From positions 66,453-130,452 of the forward strand of contig JBEEGH010000013.1 in NCBI GenBank assembly GCA_041166745.1: a DNA stretch of 64,000 nt, in the 5' to 3' direction. Position numbers and translations under genes: made by a program. A model generated the notes under the pieces. The model did no database searches. It had not been told where the DNA came from and was given only the letters and a program-made list of their open reading frames with translations. Source of the DNA: Acidimicrobiaceae bacterium. Its GTDB lineage: Bacteria; Actinomycetota; Acidimicrobiia; Acidimicrobiales; JACDCH01. Positions 43,184 to 52,170 of this stretch are shown in pieces (position 1 is the stretch's first letter; each line of letters opens with the position of its first letter).

Positions 43184-44340
43184 CCGAGCCCGTCGACTTC
43201 TCCGTCCCGGAGGAGTTGCTGCGGGTGTCGAGCGCGCAGGGCCGCGCACCGAAACGACTCTTCGCCAACCGCGTCGACCTGCTCACCCGCGCTGTCGGTT
43301 GCGTCACCGCGAGTTGGGCAATGTTCGTGACGATCGGCGGCATCGGCCACGTGGTGGGCATCGTCGAGGTCGGCCCGGTAGCGGTAGCCGTCAAGGTGGT
43401 GCTCCAGGCGGCGCCGCGCGGTCGCCGACGTCGCGCGATCACCGGCTCGGCCGGCGGCATTCTGGCCGGTGTCGCGGGTGGATTCGTCGCCGCGAGCGCC
43501 CTCAACGAAGCGCAGGGCTCTGGCGTTGTTCTCGCGGGTGCGTTCGGTCTGCTCGGGACGGGAGTGGCCCTACTCGTGTTCGCATCTCGCGCTCGCGGAG
43601 CGACCGACGACCCAGCTGAAGCCGCGCCCGGGTTCGCGCTCGAGGTGCGAGGGCTCGACTTCGCGTACGGCACCCACCAGGTGCTGTTCGACGTCTCGCT
43701 CACGGTCGCCGAGGGAGAGATCGCCGCGTTGCTCGGCACGAACGGGGCCGGCAAGTCGACGATCCTGCGAGCCGTCGCCGGCCTCGATCCACCCCTCGGC
43801 GGCTCGATTCACCTCTTTGGTGACGATGCCACCTACACAGAGGCCGAGGAGATCGTCCGCATGGGCGTCGCGTTGCTGGCCGGCGGGCGCATGACCTTTC
43901 CGTCGCTCACCGTCGAGGAGAACTTGCGCGTCGGGGCCTACTCGTTGGCCGACATCTCCGTCATCGAGGACGTGTACCGACGCTTCCCGGCACTTGCTTC
44001 GCGCCGGCAGCAACGAGCGGGCACGTTGTCGGGCGGTGAGCAGCAGATGCTCGCGTTGGGCCGGGTGCTGCTCACGAAGCCACGGCTGCTCCTCATCGAC
44101 GAGCTCACCCTCGGGCTGGCGCCGAAGATCGTCGAGGAGCTGATCGGCATCGTCCGCGAGGTGAACGCGCAGGGCACCACGGTTTTGCTCGTCGAGCAGA
44201 GCGCGAACCTCGCGCTGGCGCTCGCGGCCCACTCGTTCTTCCTCGAACGAGGCGAGGTGCGCTTCGACGGACTGACGGAGGAGCTGCTGCAGCGCGACGA
44301 CTTGTTGCGTCCGGTGTTCCTGAGCGACGCCGCGACCTGA
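43180..44340 (+). CDS. HAAT-family ABC ATPase (LivF-like) with a roughly 150-aa N-terminal membrane extension
   Basis: ATG 43180 overlaps the GH4 stop (ATGA). The N-terminus has hydrophobic stretches WAMFVTIGGIGHVVGIV, GILAGVAGGFVAASAL and VVLAGAFGLLGTGVALLVF. The ATPase motifs are GTNGAGKST, LSGGEQQMLALGR and LLIDELTLGL. Confidence 0.8.
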   Translation: MTEPVDFSVPEELLRVSSAQGRAPKRLFANRVDLLTRAVGCVTASWAMFVTIGGIGHVVGIVEVGPVAVAVKVVLQAAPRGRRRRAITGSAGGILAGVAGGFVAASALNEAQGSGVVLAGAFGLLGTGVALLVFASRARGATDDPAEAAPGFALEVRGLDFAYGTHQVLFDVSLTVAEGEIAALLGTNGAGKSTILRAVAGLDPPLGGSIHLFGDDATYTEAEEIVRMGVALLAGGRMTFPSLTVEENLRVGAYSLADISVIEDVYRRFPALASRRQQRAGTLSGGEQQMLALGRVLLTKPRLLLIDELTLGLAPKIVEELIGIVREVNAQGTTVLLVEQSANLALALAAHSFFLERGEVRFDGLTEELLQRDDLLRPVFLSDAAT

Positions 44341-46304
44341 TGGAGATCCATGCCTCCACCGTCGCGCTGGGCCTGATCCAAGGGCTCAACATCGGATTGC
44401 TCGCGGTGGGGCTGGTGCTGATCTATCGCACCACCCGCATCGTGAACTTCGCGCAAGGCGAGCTCGGGGCGGTGTCAGCGGTGCTGCTGTCGACGCTGGT
44501 CGTCGAACGCCACTGGCCGTACGGCATCGCACTCGCGGCGGTGCTCGTCGTGGCCGCGCTCGTCGCGGGCGGATGTGAGCTGCTGCTCCGACGGCTGTTC
44601 GCCCGGCCCCGGGTGCTCGTCATGGTGGCCACGATCGGCATCTCCCAGTTCCTGTTCCTGCTGACGCTGCTTCCGCAGGTGCGTCCCGAGAAGACGTTCA
44701 TTCCGTTTCCCGTTCCGTTCACCGCGTCGTTCGAGCTCGACCACTACACGTTCCATGAGTCCGACATCCTCACGCTGGTCGTCGCCCCGCTCGTCGTACT
44801 CGCACTCGCCTTCTTCCTCACACGCACTCGCTACGGGTTGGCAATGCGAGCGATGGGGGAGAACGGCGAGTCGGCGCGGCTGGCCGGCGTGTCGACGCGC
44901 CGCTTGTCGACCGTCGCCTGGATGATCGCCGGGGTCCTGGCCGCCATCACCGTGATCCTTGCCTCGCCGGCAAAGGGCAGCGCGTTCACCGAGGTGATTC
45001 CGCTCGACCTTCTCGTACGCGCACTGGCCGCGGCCCTCATCGGCGCGATGGTGAGCTTGCCTGTCGCATTCGGAGCCGGCGTCGCGATCGGGATCGTCCA
45101 ATCGGTCGTTGCCTTCAACGAACCCGCGGCATCGAACATCGAAGTCGTGATCTTCGCGGTCTTGCTCGTGGCGCTGCTCGTGCGCGCCCGTGGGCTCAAG
45201 ATCGGCCTTCGCGACGAGGAACGATCGTCGTGGCGTTTCTCGGGAGCCGCGGATCCGGCACGCGACGACCCACTGCGACGCAAGGTCGGCCTCGTCGGCG
45301 CGGCCGCCGCGCTGGCCGTCGCGGCCGCGGCTCCGCTGTTCGTAACCGAGGGCCGCGCCTTCCTGTACGGCCGCATCGAGTTGTTCGCCGTCATCGCCCT
45401 GTCGCTCACCATCCTCACGGGCTGGGCCGGACAGCTGTCGCTCGGGCACTTCGCCTTCGTCGCAGTCGGCGCACTCGTCGCCGCCCACTTGGGGGAATCG
45501 GTCCCGCTCGTGTTGCTGGTGCCGCTCGGCGGACTCATCACCGCGGTCGTGGCGGTCGTCGTCGGCCTTCCGGCGCTTCGCATCAAAGGCCTCTACCTGG
45601 CGGTGAGCACGCTCGCGTTCGCAGTGTTGATGGAAGTGTCGGTCGTGCCGACCAAGTGCTGGGACGCTCCGCTGCTGCACAAGACGTTGTGCACCGGACT
45701 GCCCGATCCGGCCTCCACGTTGCTGTCGCGACCGACGTTCCTCGGTATCGACGTTTCATCGGACAAGGCGTTCTCGTATGTCTGCCTCGGCTTGCTCGTC
45801 GTCGCGTTGCTCGCGGCGCGCCTCTGGCGCGACCACGGCGTCGCCCGCGCCCTCATCGCGGTGCGCGACAACGAGACCGCCGCCGCGGCGATGGGCGTAC
45901 GCGTCGTGCGCGTCAAGGCCCTCGGCTTCGCGCTGTCAGGCTTCCTCGCGGGCGCGGCCGGCGTGTGCTTCGCCTTCCTGACGGAGCGCATCAACGCCAC
46001 CACGTTCAACGCACCGCAGTCGATCCTCGTCGTTTCGATGGCGATCATCGGCGGGCTCGGGTCGGTACCGGGCGCGGTCTTGGGCGCGCTGTACCTGATC
46101 GGCCTGCCCGCGTTCTTCGGCTCGACGCCGACCATGCAGTTCGTCACGAGCTCGCTCGGGCTCACGCTCGCATTGCTGTACCTGCCGGGCGGGCTGACGG
46201 TTCCGTTGCGTCGATTCGGCGATGGCGTCACGGCACTGGTCCGCCAAGCACTCGATCGTGACGCAAACCCCGCGCCCGCCGAGCTCGCGGAGCTACCTAC
46301 ATGA
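44340..46304 (+). CDS. HAAT-family ABC permease, fused LivH-LivM type
   Basis: 654 aa, hydrophobic throughout. Both halves resemble branched-chain amino acid permeases (IVNFAQGELG... and ...GQLSLGHFAFVAVGA). The start overlaps the previous stop by 1 nt. Confidence 0.85.
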   Translation: MEIHASTVALGLIQGLNIGLLAVGLVLIYRTTRIVNFAQGELGAVSAVLLSTLVVERHWPYGIALAAVLVVAALVAGGCELLLRRLFARPRVLVMVATIGISQFLFLLTLLPQVRPEKTFIPFPVPFTASFELDHYTFHESDILTLVVAPLVVLALAFFLTRTRYGLAMRAMGENGESARLAGVSTRRLSTVAWMIAGVLAAITVILASPAKGSAFTEVIPLDLLVRALAAALIGAMVSLPVAFGAGVAIGIVQSVVAFNEPAASNIEVVIFAVLLVALLVRARGLKIGLRDEERSSWRFSGAADPARDDPLRRKVGLVGAAAALAVAAAAPLFVTEGRAFLYGRIELFAVIALSLTILTGWAGQLSLGHFAFVAVGALVAAHLGESVPLVLLVPLGGLITAVVAVVVGLPALRIKGLYLAVSTLAFAVLMEVSVVPTKCWDAPLLHKTLCTGLPDPASTLLSRPTFLGIDVSSDKAFSYVCLGLLVVALLAARLWRDHGVARALIAVRDNETAAAAMGVRVVRVKALGFALSGFLAGAAGVCFAFLTERINATTFNAPQSILVVSMAIIGGLGSVPGAVLGALYLIGLPAFFGSTPTMQFVTSSLGLTLALLYLPGGLTVPLRRFGDGVTALVRQALDRDANPAPAELAELPT

Positions 46305-47101
46305 CGGCCGCTCGGCTCGAGTTGCGCGACGTCGTCGTCGCCTTCGGCGGTCTCCGCGCCGTCGACGGCGTCAGCCTCACCGTCGAGCCGGGGGACATCG
46401 TCGGCTTCATAGGTCCGAACGGTTCGGGCAAGACGACGTTGCTCGACACCATCTCGGGACAACTGCTGCCGGCGTCGGGCGAAGTGCTGCTCGATGGCGA
46501 CGACCTCGTCGACCACCTTCCTGAGGACCGGGCCGAGCTCGGACTCGTGCGCTCGTTCCAGGACGCCCGGCTGTTTCCGGACCTCACGGTCGAGGACACG
46601 CTGCTGGTCGCCGAGGATGCGCGCCGCCCGGTGGGGCTGCTGTCGACGACGTTCGCATGGCCCAGGGCCCGGCGCGCTGAGGCTGCCAAACGGAGCACGG
46701 TCGCCGGCCTGCTCGACACACTCGGCCTCACCCGCTTTGCGCAGCAACCGATCTCCGAGCTGTCGACGGGCACGAGACGCATCGTCGACCTGGCGGCGAT
46801 CATCGCCGCGCAACCTCGTCTGCTGCTGCTCGACGAACCAACGGCCGGCATCGCGCAGCGGGAAGCCGAGGCATTCGGGCCACTGTTGCGAAGGCTGCAC
46901 GACCTCACGGGCGCCACCATCTGCATCGTCGAGCACGACGTTCCCCTCGTGGTCGCGCTGGCCGATCGGCTCGTCGTCATGGAGGCCGGCAAGATCGTGA
47001 GCGCGGGCCCGGTCGCGGACGTGTTGCAGGACTCTGCGGCCATCGAGGCGTATCTGGGAGCGAGCGAAGAAGCGCTCGCCCGGTCAGGAGCACGCAGTTG
47101 A
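46301..47101 (+). CDS. HAAT-family ABC ATPase (LivG-like)
   Basis: 266 aa. Motifs: GPNGSGKTT, LSTGTRRIVDLAA, LLLDEPTAGI. It has an ATGA overlap with the permease. Confidence 0.85.
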   Translation: MTAARLELRDVVVAFGGLRAVDGVSLTVEPGDIVGFIGPNGSGKTTLLDTISGQLLPASGEVLLDGDDLVDHLPEDRAELGLVRSFQDARLFPDLTVEDTLLVAEDARRPVGLLSTTFAWPRARRAEAAKRSTVAGLLDTLGLTRFAQQPISELSTGTRRIVDLAAIIAAQPRLLLLDEPTAGIAQREAEAFGPLLRRLHDLTGATICIVEHDVPLVVALADRLVVMEAGKIVSAGPVADVLQDSAAIEAYLGASEEALARSGARS

Positions 47102-48675
47102 CTCGAACCCCTCGATGGAGCGTGCGAGCGCGCCGGCAATGGCGCCTGTTCAACCTGGAGCCTCCGGTGGTACGCGCCACGGCCGTCGGCGCCGCGCTCG
47201 TGCTCCTGATCGGCGTGCTGGCCGTGGCCGGGCACTCTCCTGACCACAAGCGTCCGCAAGGGGTGGCGACGCGCGGGCGCGCGAACATCGGTGTCAGCTC
47301 TGGCGTGGCGTCCGATGCCGCGTCCGATGCGGCTGCAGCGGCAAGCGGATCAGCGGGCGACGGCGGAACAAGCGTCGGTGGCGGTCCCGGCACCGGTGAC
47401 GGGTCGCAACCGGGCAACGGTTTCGCGCCAGACGGCTCGCCGCTGACCGCCAGCGATCGCGGCGTGACCGCCACGAAGATCAAGGTCGTCTTCCCCCGCG
47501 CCGACCTCGGTCCGATCGGACAGGCCACCGGCCTCACGACGACGGAAAATGAAGAGACCGCGATCTACGCCTTTGTGAACGACATCAACTCGCGCGGCGG
47601 CATCAATGGCCGCCTCATCGATCCCGAGATCGTCAAGTACAACCCGCTCGACGATGCGGAGATGCGCGCCGACTGCAAGGACTGGACCGAGTCGCAGGAG
47701 GTCTTCGCCGTCGTTGATTCCTACGGTTGGCACGACGACCACCAGCTCTGCATCACGCAAGAGGGGCACACGCCGCTCATCAGCAAGTGGACGACCGTGA
47801 CCGACTGGACGGATCGCGGCAGTCCTTACCTCTGGTGGACGGGACCCGACAGCGTCGAGGTGCTCGACAACCTCGTGGCCTCGTCCGCCGACGTGTTGCG
47901 CACCAAGAAGTACTCGGTGATCGCCGGCGACCGACAGGGCGATCAACTCGCGCTCGGTTACTTGAAGGAATCACTGGCGCGCGCCGGCGTTCCTGCGCCC
48001 TTCTCGATAGAGACGATCGCCTTCAGCGAGCAAGCGGCCAGCGCGCAGACGCCGCTCATCGTGCAGAAGCTCAAGTTGAATCAGGTGACGGCGGTTCTGC
48101 CGGTGCTGTCGTTTCTGTCATTGCTGCAGTACCTGCAAGCGGAGGATTCACAGAGCTTCTACCCGCAGCTACTGCTCTCGGACTACGAGTCGGAGATCCA
48201 GGCGATGCTCGGCATGGCGGAGCTGAAGTTCAAGAAAGCGCTGCAGAACACCGTCGGCCCGACGGCGTTCCGGTTGGGGAGCAACGAAGATCCGAGTGGC
48301 TACACCCCGCTCGGGCTCACGTGCAGCGACCAGTTCCACAAGCAGGACCCGAGCTTCCAGCAAAACCTCGAGGGACCGGGCGCGGCGATGACGTGGTGCC
48401 AGAACATCTATCTGTTCGCGCAGGCCGCGACGATGGCCGGCAACAACCTCACCCGCGACACGTTCAACAACGCGATGAGCCAAATCAAAGGCTTCGGTGC
48501 CAGCGTCGTGCCCGACCTCACGTTCGGCGAGGGCGTGCACGCCGGTCCGCACTTCTACCGGACCGTGCAGATCCACGTGAACGACGACCATGCGTGCCCG
48601 CCGAAGGTCACACCGGGCGAGCAGGGCTCCTGCTGGTTGATCCTCAACGACTTCGTCCCCGCCGCACACACCTGA
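47098..48675 (+). CDS. ABC substrate-binding protein (type I periplasmic-binding fold), membrane-anchored with a low-complexity linker
   Basis: 525 aa. The TTG start overlaps the previous stop (TTGA). It has a TM anchor AVGAALVLLIGVLAV and an S/G/A/D-rich linker. The body is typical of Liv-type binding proteins (IKVVFPRADLG...). Confidence 0.75.
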   Translation: MTRTPRWSVRARRQWRLFNLEPPVVRATAVGAALVLLIGVLAVAGHSPDHKRPQGVATRGRANIGVSSGVASDAASDAAAAASGSAGDGGTSVGGGPGTGDGSQPGNGFAPDGSPLTASDRGVTATKIKVVFPRADLGPIGQATGLTTTENEETAIYAFVNDINSRGGINGRLIDPEIVKYNPLDDAEMRADCKDWTESQEVFAVVDSYGWHDDHQLCITQEGHTPLISKWTTVTDWTDRGSPYLWWTGPDSVEVLDNLVASSADVLRTKKYSVIAGDRQGDQLALGYLKESLARAGVPAPFSIETIAFSEQAASAQTPLIVQKLKLNQVTAVLPVLSFLSLLQYLQAEDSQSFYPQLLLSDYESEIQAMLGMAELKFKKALQNTVGPTAFRLGSNEDPSGYTPLGLTCSDQFHKQDPSFQQNLEGPGAAMTWCQNIYLFAQAATMAGNNLTRDTFNNAMSQIKGFGASVVPDLTFGEGVHAGPHFYRTVQIHVNDDHACPPKVTPGEQGSCWLILNDFVPAAHT

Positions 48676-48688
48676 GGAGGCCGTTTCC

Positions 48689-49450
48689 GTGAGCATGTCG
48701 GAGTGGGTGCACGTTCCGACCGACGAGCTCGAACGCATCGTCGTCGTGTCGCCGCATTTCGACGACGCCGTGATGGGCGCCGGGTATCTCATCGCCGGTC
48801 ACGCCGGAACGACGGTGGTGACCGTCTTTGGCGGCCGTCCACCGGCGTATCCCGACACGCCATCAGAGTGGGACGCCCTGGGTGGGTTCAAGGCGGGCGA
48901 CGACATCGTGGCCCTACGACGCGGCGAAGATCTCGCCGCGCTCGCAGAACTCGCAGCGACGCCCCACTGGCTGGAGTTCAGCGACCATCAGTACCTCGAC
49001 AAGACGGAGTGGTATCAACCCAAGGACATCGCACCGGCGCTCGGCGCCGCGCTGCGCCACCTCGAACCAACCGCGGTGTTCGCGCCGTTCGGTTTGGCCA
49101 ACCCCGACCACGACTTGACGCATCGCGCTGTCCGCATCGTGATGGACGAGCTGCAGGACGTGTCGTGGTACTGCTACGAGGATGCGGGCTACTGCCATCT
49201 GCCCGGCCTGCTCGCATGGCGGATCAGCTCGCTGTTCAGGTCCGGCCTGTGGCCGACGCCGGCGATCGTGCCCGTCGAGCTCGACACCGAGAGGAAGAAC
49301 CGTGCGCTCGCCGCCTACCGATCGCAGCTGCCGCCATTGAAGGCCGACCACATGCTCGACGCACGTACGACTGCCCCCGTGCAGGAGCAGTACTGGCGTC
49401 TCGCCCGCGCTCCGGGCGGATGGGAGGGTCTCGTCGATGTGCCCGGCTGA
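48689..49450 (+). CDS. PIG-L family deacetylase (LmbE/MshB-like)
   Basis: 253 aa. Motifs: VVVSPHFDDAVMGAG and NPDHDLTHRA. Confidence 0.8.
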   Translation: MSMSEWVHVPTDELERIVVVSPHFDDAVMGAGYLIAGHAGTTVVTVFGGRPPAYPDTPSEWDALGGFKAGDDIVALRRGEDLAALAELAATPHWLEFSDHQYLDKTEWYQPKDIAPALGAALRHLEPTAVFAPFGLANPDHDLTHRAVRIVMDELQDVSWYCYEDAGYCHLPGLLAWRISSLFRSGLWPTPAIVPVELDTERKNRALAAYRSQLPPLKADHMLDARTTAPVQEQYWRLARAPGGWEGLVDVPG

Positions 49451-50138
49451 CCACCTGCTGTACGTCACACAGGTCGCGCCGTACCACGACGGTCCCGCCG
49501 GCGCGCACTCCGTGCTCGAACAGTCGGCGACCGCCGTGGCCGAGCTGGCCGACGCGGCCGGGCTTCGCTACGAACGCTGCACCGACGTGCGCGCGCTCGA
49601 CTCGGACGCGCTCACACGGGCGGCTGTCGTCGGGTTGTTCACGATCGGCGAGACACCGTGGAGCGCGCCGCAGCGTGCGGCTCTGCTCGACCGTTTGCGC
49701 GGCGGACAGCTCTCGGTCGTCGCGGTTCACTCGGCCACCGACTCGTGCTACGGGTGGGACGACTACGGGAGAGTGGTCGGCGCGCGGTTCAACGGGCATC
49801 CGTGGACGCAGTCGTTCACGCTCGACGTGCTCGAACCCGATCATCCTTCGCTGCGCCATCTCGCATCGACGTGGCGGTGGCACGACGAGGTGTATCAGTT
49901 CCGTGATCTTCGATCCGACGCTCGCGTGCTGCTCCGCGTGCCCGAGGAGGAGCTCGATCTCTCCGTGCCCGGTGCCCAGCGCCCCGACTTCGGGTTTCCG
50001 TTGTCGTGGTGCTTCACCGAAGGCTCCGGTCGCGTCTTCTCGACCACGCTCGGCCATTTCCCCGGAGCGTGTGAGAGCGTCGACTACCTGCGCCACCTCG
50101 GGGGTGGCCTGTCCTGGGCGATGGGGGAAGGAAAGTAG
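49437..50138 (+). CDS. ThuA domain-containing protein
   Basis: 233 aa. Pattern: VAVHSATDSCYGWDDYGRVVGARFNGHPWTQSF...WRWHDEVYQF. It overlaps the PIG-L gene by 14 nt. Confidence 0.75.
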   Translation: MCPADHLLYVTQVAPYHDGPAGAHSVLEQSATAVAELADAAGLRYERCTDVRALDSDALTRAAVVGLFTIGETPWSAPQRAALLDRLRGGQLSVVAVHSATDSCYGWDDYGRVVGARFNGHPWTQSFTLDVLEPDHPSLRHLASTWRWHDEVYQFRDLRSDARVLLRVPEEELDLSVPGAQRPDFGFPLSWCFTEGSGRVFSTTLGHFPGACESVDYLRHLGGGLSWAMGEGK

Positions 50139-50324
50139 CTAGCGAGTCTGCGAGTGAACCGAGCGCACGGATGCCGTGGGCACCATCAGGTCGTCTTCGC
50201 CGGCGACGAGCCACAGACTCTGTGCGGTGTAGGACAACAACGTCCCGTGCACAGTGCCCGCCGCCGTCTCGACATCGACCTCTGACCCAACCAGCGTTCG
50301 CACCTCAGTGGTGAGCAACGTCAT
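50139..50324 (-). CDS. Small hypothetical protein with an Sm-like sequence pattern
   Basis: 61 aa with G/C3-rich codons. The sequence is MTLLTTEVRTLVGSEVDVETAAGTVHGTLLSYTAQSLWLVAGEDDLMVPTASVRSVHSQTR. It lies 54 nt downstream of nagB on the same strand. Confidence 0.5.
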   Translation of the reverse strand: MTLLTTEVRTLVGSEVDVETAAGTVHGTLLSYTAQSLWLVAGEDDLMVPTASVRSVHSQTR

Positions 50325-50378
50325 GGACTGTCGGTTTACCGCGATGCCATCGCGAAGTCGCGGATGGTGGCCGGCTGT

Positions 50379-51152
50379 TCACGCGTTCGAAATGTTCGAC
50401 GCGGAGTCGCGATCGAGGTAGAGCGTTGCCTGCGGGGTTCGGCGTAGCACCGAGGCCGGACAGCTCGTGGCGATTGGCTCCTCGAGAGCCCGGCGCACGG
50501 CGTTGGCTTTGCGCGCCTCCGGAACGATCGCGAGCACGCGTGCGGCGCGCAACAGCGCGGGGATGGTCACAGTGATCGCCGTGCGGGGCACGTCGTCGAG
50601 ACCGCGAAAGTGTCCTTCGCCGACTTGTTGACGGCGAGACGCTTCGTCGAGCTCGACTTCCTTCACGTCATGCGCGTCTTCGAAGTCGGCGAACGGCGGA
50701 TCGTTGAACGCGAGGTGTCCGTTCTCGCCGACTCCGAGGCAGCAGAGGTCGAGCGGATGCTCGCGAAGGAGCGTTGCATAGCGCGCGCACTCCGACGTGG
50801 CGTCGTTCGTGCCGTCGACGTAGTGGAACGCAGACGGATGTACGACATCGACGATCCGCTCGCGCATGTAGCGGGCGAAGCTCGCGGGGTGCGTGTCGTC
50901 CATGCCCACGTATTCGTCCATGTGAAAGCCCGTGACCCTGTCCCAGGGAACATCGCTTCGAGCCGTGAGTGCGTCGAGAAACGCGAACTGCGAGTTGCCC
51001 GTGGCCAACATCACGTTGGCGCGTCCGCGTTTCTCGACCGCGGCTTGCATGGCGGTCGCCGCGTCGGCGGCGGCGGCCTCGCCGAGCTGCTTCTCGGTCG
51101 CGAACACGCGCACGTCGAGCTCGTCGACCCGGAAACCTGACACGGGCGTCAT
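50379..51152 (-). CDS. nagB: Glucosamine-6-phosphate deaminase
   Basis: ATG 51152 (alternative GTG 51113). Motifs: ATGNSQFAFLDAL, FHMDEYVG, LGVGENGHLAFNDP. The upstream 64 codons of the ORF call are rejected. Confidence 0.85.
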   Translation of the reverse strand: MTPVSGFRVDELDVRVFATEKQLGEAAAADAATAMQAAVEKRGRANVMLATGNSQFAFLDALTARSDVPWDRVTGFHMDEYVGMDDTHPASFARYMRERIVDVVHPSAFHYVDGTNDATSECARYATLLREHPLDLCCLGVGENGHLAFNDPPFADFEDAHDVKEVELDEASRRQQVGEGHFRGLDDVPRTAITVTIPALLRAARVLAIVPEARKANAVRRALEEPIATSCPASVLRRTPQATLYLDRDSASNISNA

Positions 51153-51166
51153 GCTACGTTCGCCAC

Positions 51167-52135
51167 ATGACCGTGAAGTTCGGAGCGTTCGTACCGCAGG
51201 GATGGAAGCTCGAGCTGTCCGGGATGAAGGCGGACGAGGCGTGGGCCACGGCCAAGGACGTCGCCCGACGGGCGGAAGCGCTCGGCTACGACCATCTCTG
51301 GGTCTACGACCACGTCGAGACCGTTCCGCGCCGCGAGCCGACACATGTCTTCGAAGCGTGGACCGTGATGGCTGCGCTGGCCGAGATCACGACCACCGCA
51401 CGCCTCGGTCAGCTCGTGACCTGCGCGTCGTACCGCAACGCCGGGATGCTGGCCAAGCAGGCCGCCTGCGTCGACGTGATGTCCGACGGCCGGCTCATCC
51501 TCGGCATCGGGGCGGGCTGGTACCACGAGGAGTATGCGGCGTACGGCTGGCCCTTCCTGTCGGCGGGCCAGCGGCTGCGAGCGATGGACGAGACCATCAC
51601 CGCGGTGCGGCAGTTGTGGACCGACGAGCGCGTCACGTTCGCCGGCGAGCACGTGCAACTGGCCGACGCGCTCTGCGATCCGAAGCCGCTCCAGTCGTTG
51701 CCGCCCGTGTGGGTCGGGGGAGGCGGCGAGAAGGTGACGCTGCGGATCGCCGCCCGCCAGGCGGACGCCACCAACTGGCAGGTCGACCTCGAGAGCTTCG
51801 TCCGCAAGTCGAAGCTGCTCGAGCAGTACTGCGACGAGATCGAGCGTCCGTTCGACGAGATCGTGCGCACCCACGGCCCCGACTGTCGGCTGTTCGACAC
51901 CGAGGCAGACCTGCAGCGGTGGCTCGACTCGCCCGGCGGCGGATCGCTGTGGGGCCGGGGACCACACGACGAGTACGTCACGAACAACTTCGTCGGCACG
52001 GTCGAGAAGGTCACGGCCGACGTACAGGCCTACGTGGACGCCGGCTGCCAGGAGTTCGTGCTCTGGTTCCGTGACTATCCGTCGACGGAGAGCCTCGAGC
52101 GCTTCATCACCGAAGTGGCCCCGAAAATCAGGTAG
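51167..52135 (+). CDS. Luciferase-like monooxygenase (LLM) class oxidoreductase, possibly F420-dependent
   Basis: ATG 51167 gives MTVKFGAFVPQGWKLELSGM...YDHLWVYDH...GRLILGIGAGWYHEEY. Confidence 0.8.
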   Translation: MTVKFGAFVPQGWKLELSGMKADEAWATAKDVARRAEALGYDHLWVYDHVETVPRREPTHVFEAWTVMAALAEITTTARLGQLVTCASYRNAGMLAKQAACVDVMSDGRLILGIGAGWYHEEYAAYGWPFLSAGQRLRAMDETITAVRQLWTDERVTFAGEHVQLADALCDPKPLQSLPPVWVGGGGEKVTLRIAARQADATNWQVDLESFVRKSKLLEQYCDEIERPFDEIVRTHGPDCRLFDTEADLQRWLDSPGGGSLWGRGPHDEYVTNNFVGTVEKVTADVQAYVDAGCQEFVLWFRDYPSTESLERFITEVAPKIR

Positions 52136-52170
52136 GTAACCAGGTTATGTAGCTTGGTAAACTATTTGGT

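Noticed and set aside
47308-47331. Tandem 12-nt repeat GCGTCCGATGCC/GCGTCCGATGCG
   Set aside because: There are only two copies, in frame, inside the low-complexity linker (ASDAASDAA) of the substrate-binding protein. It is not a CRISPR or VNTR-like array.
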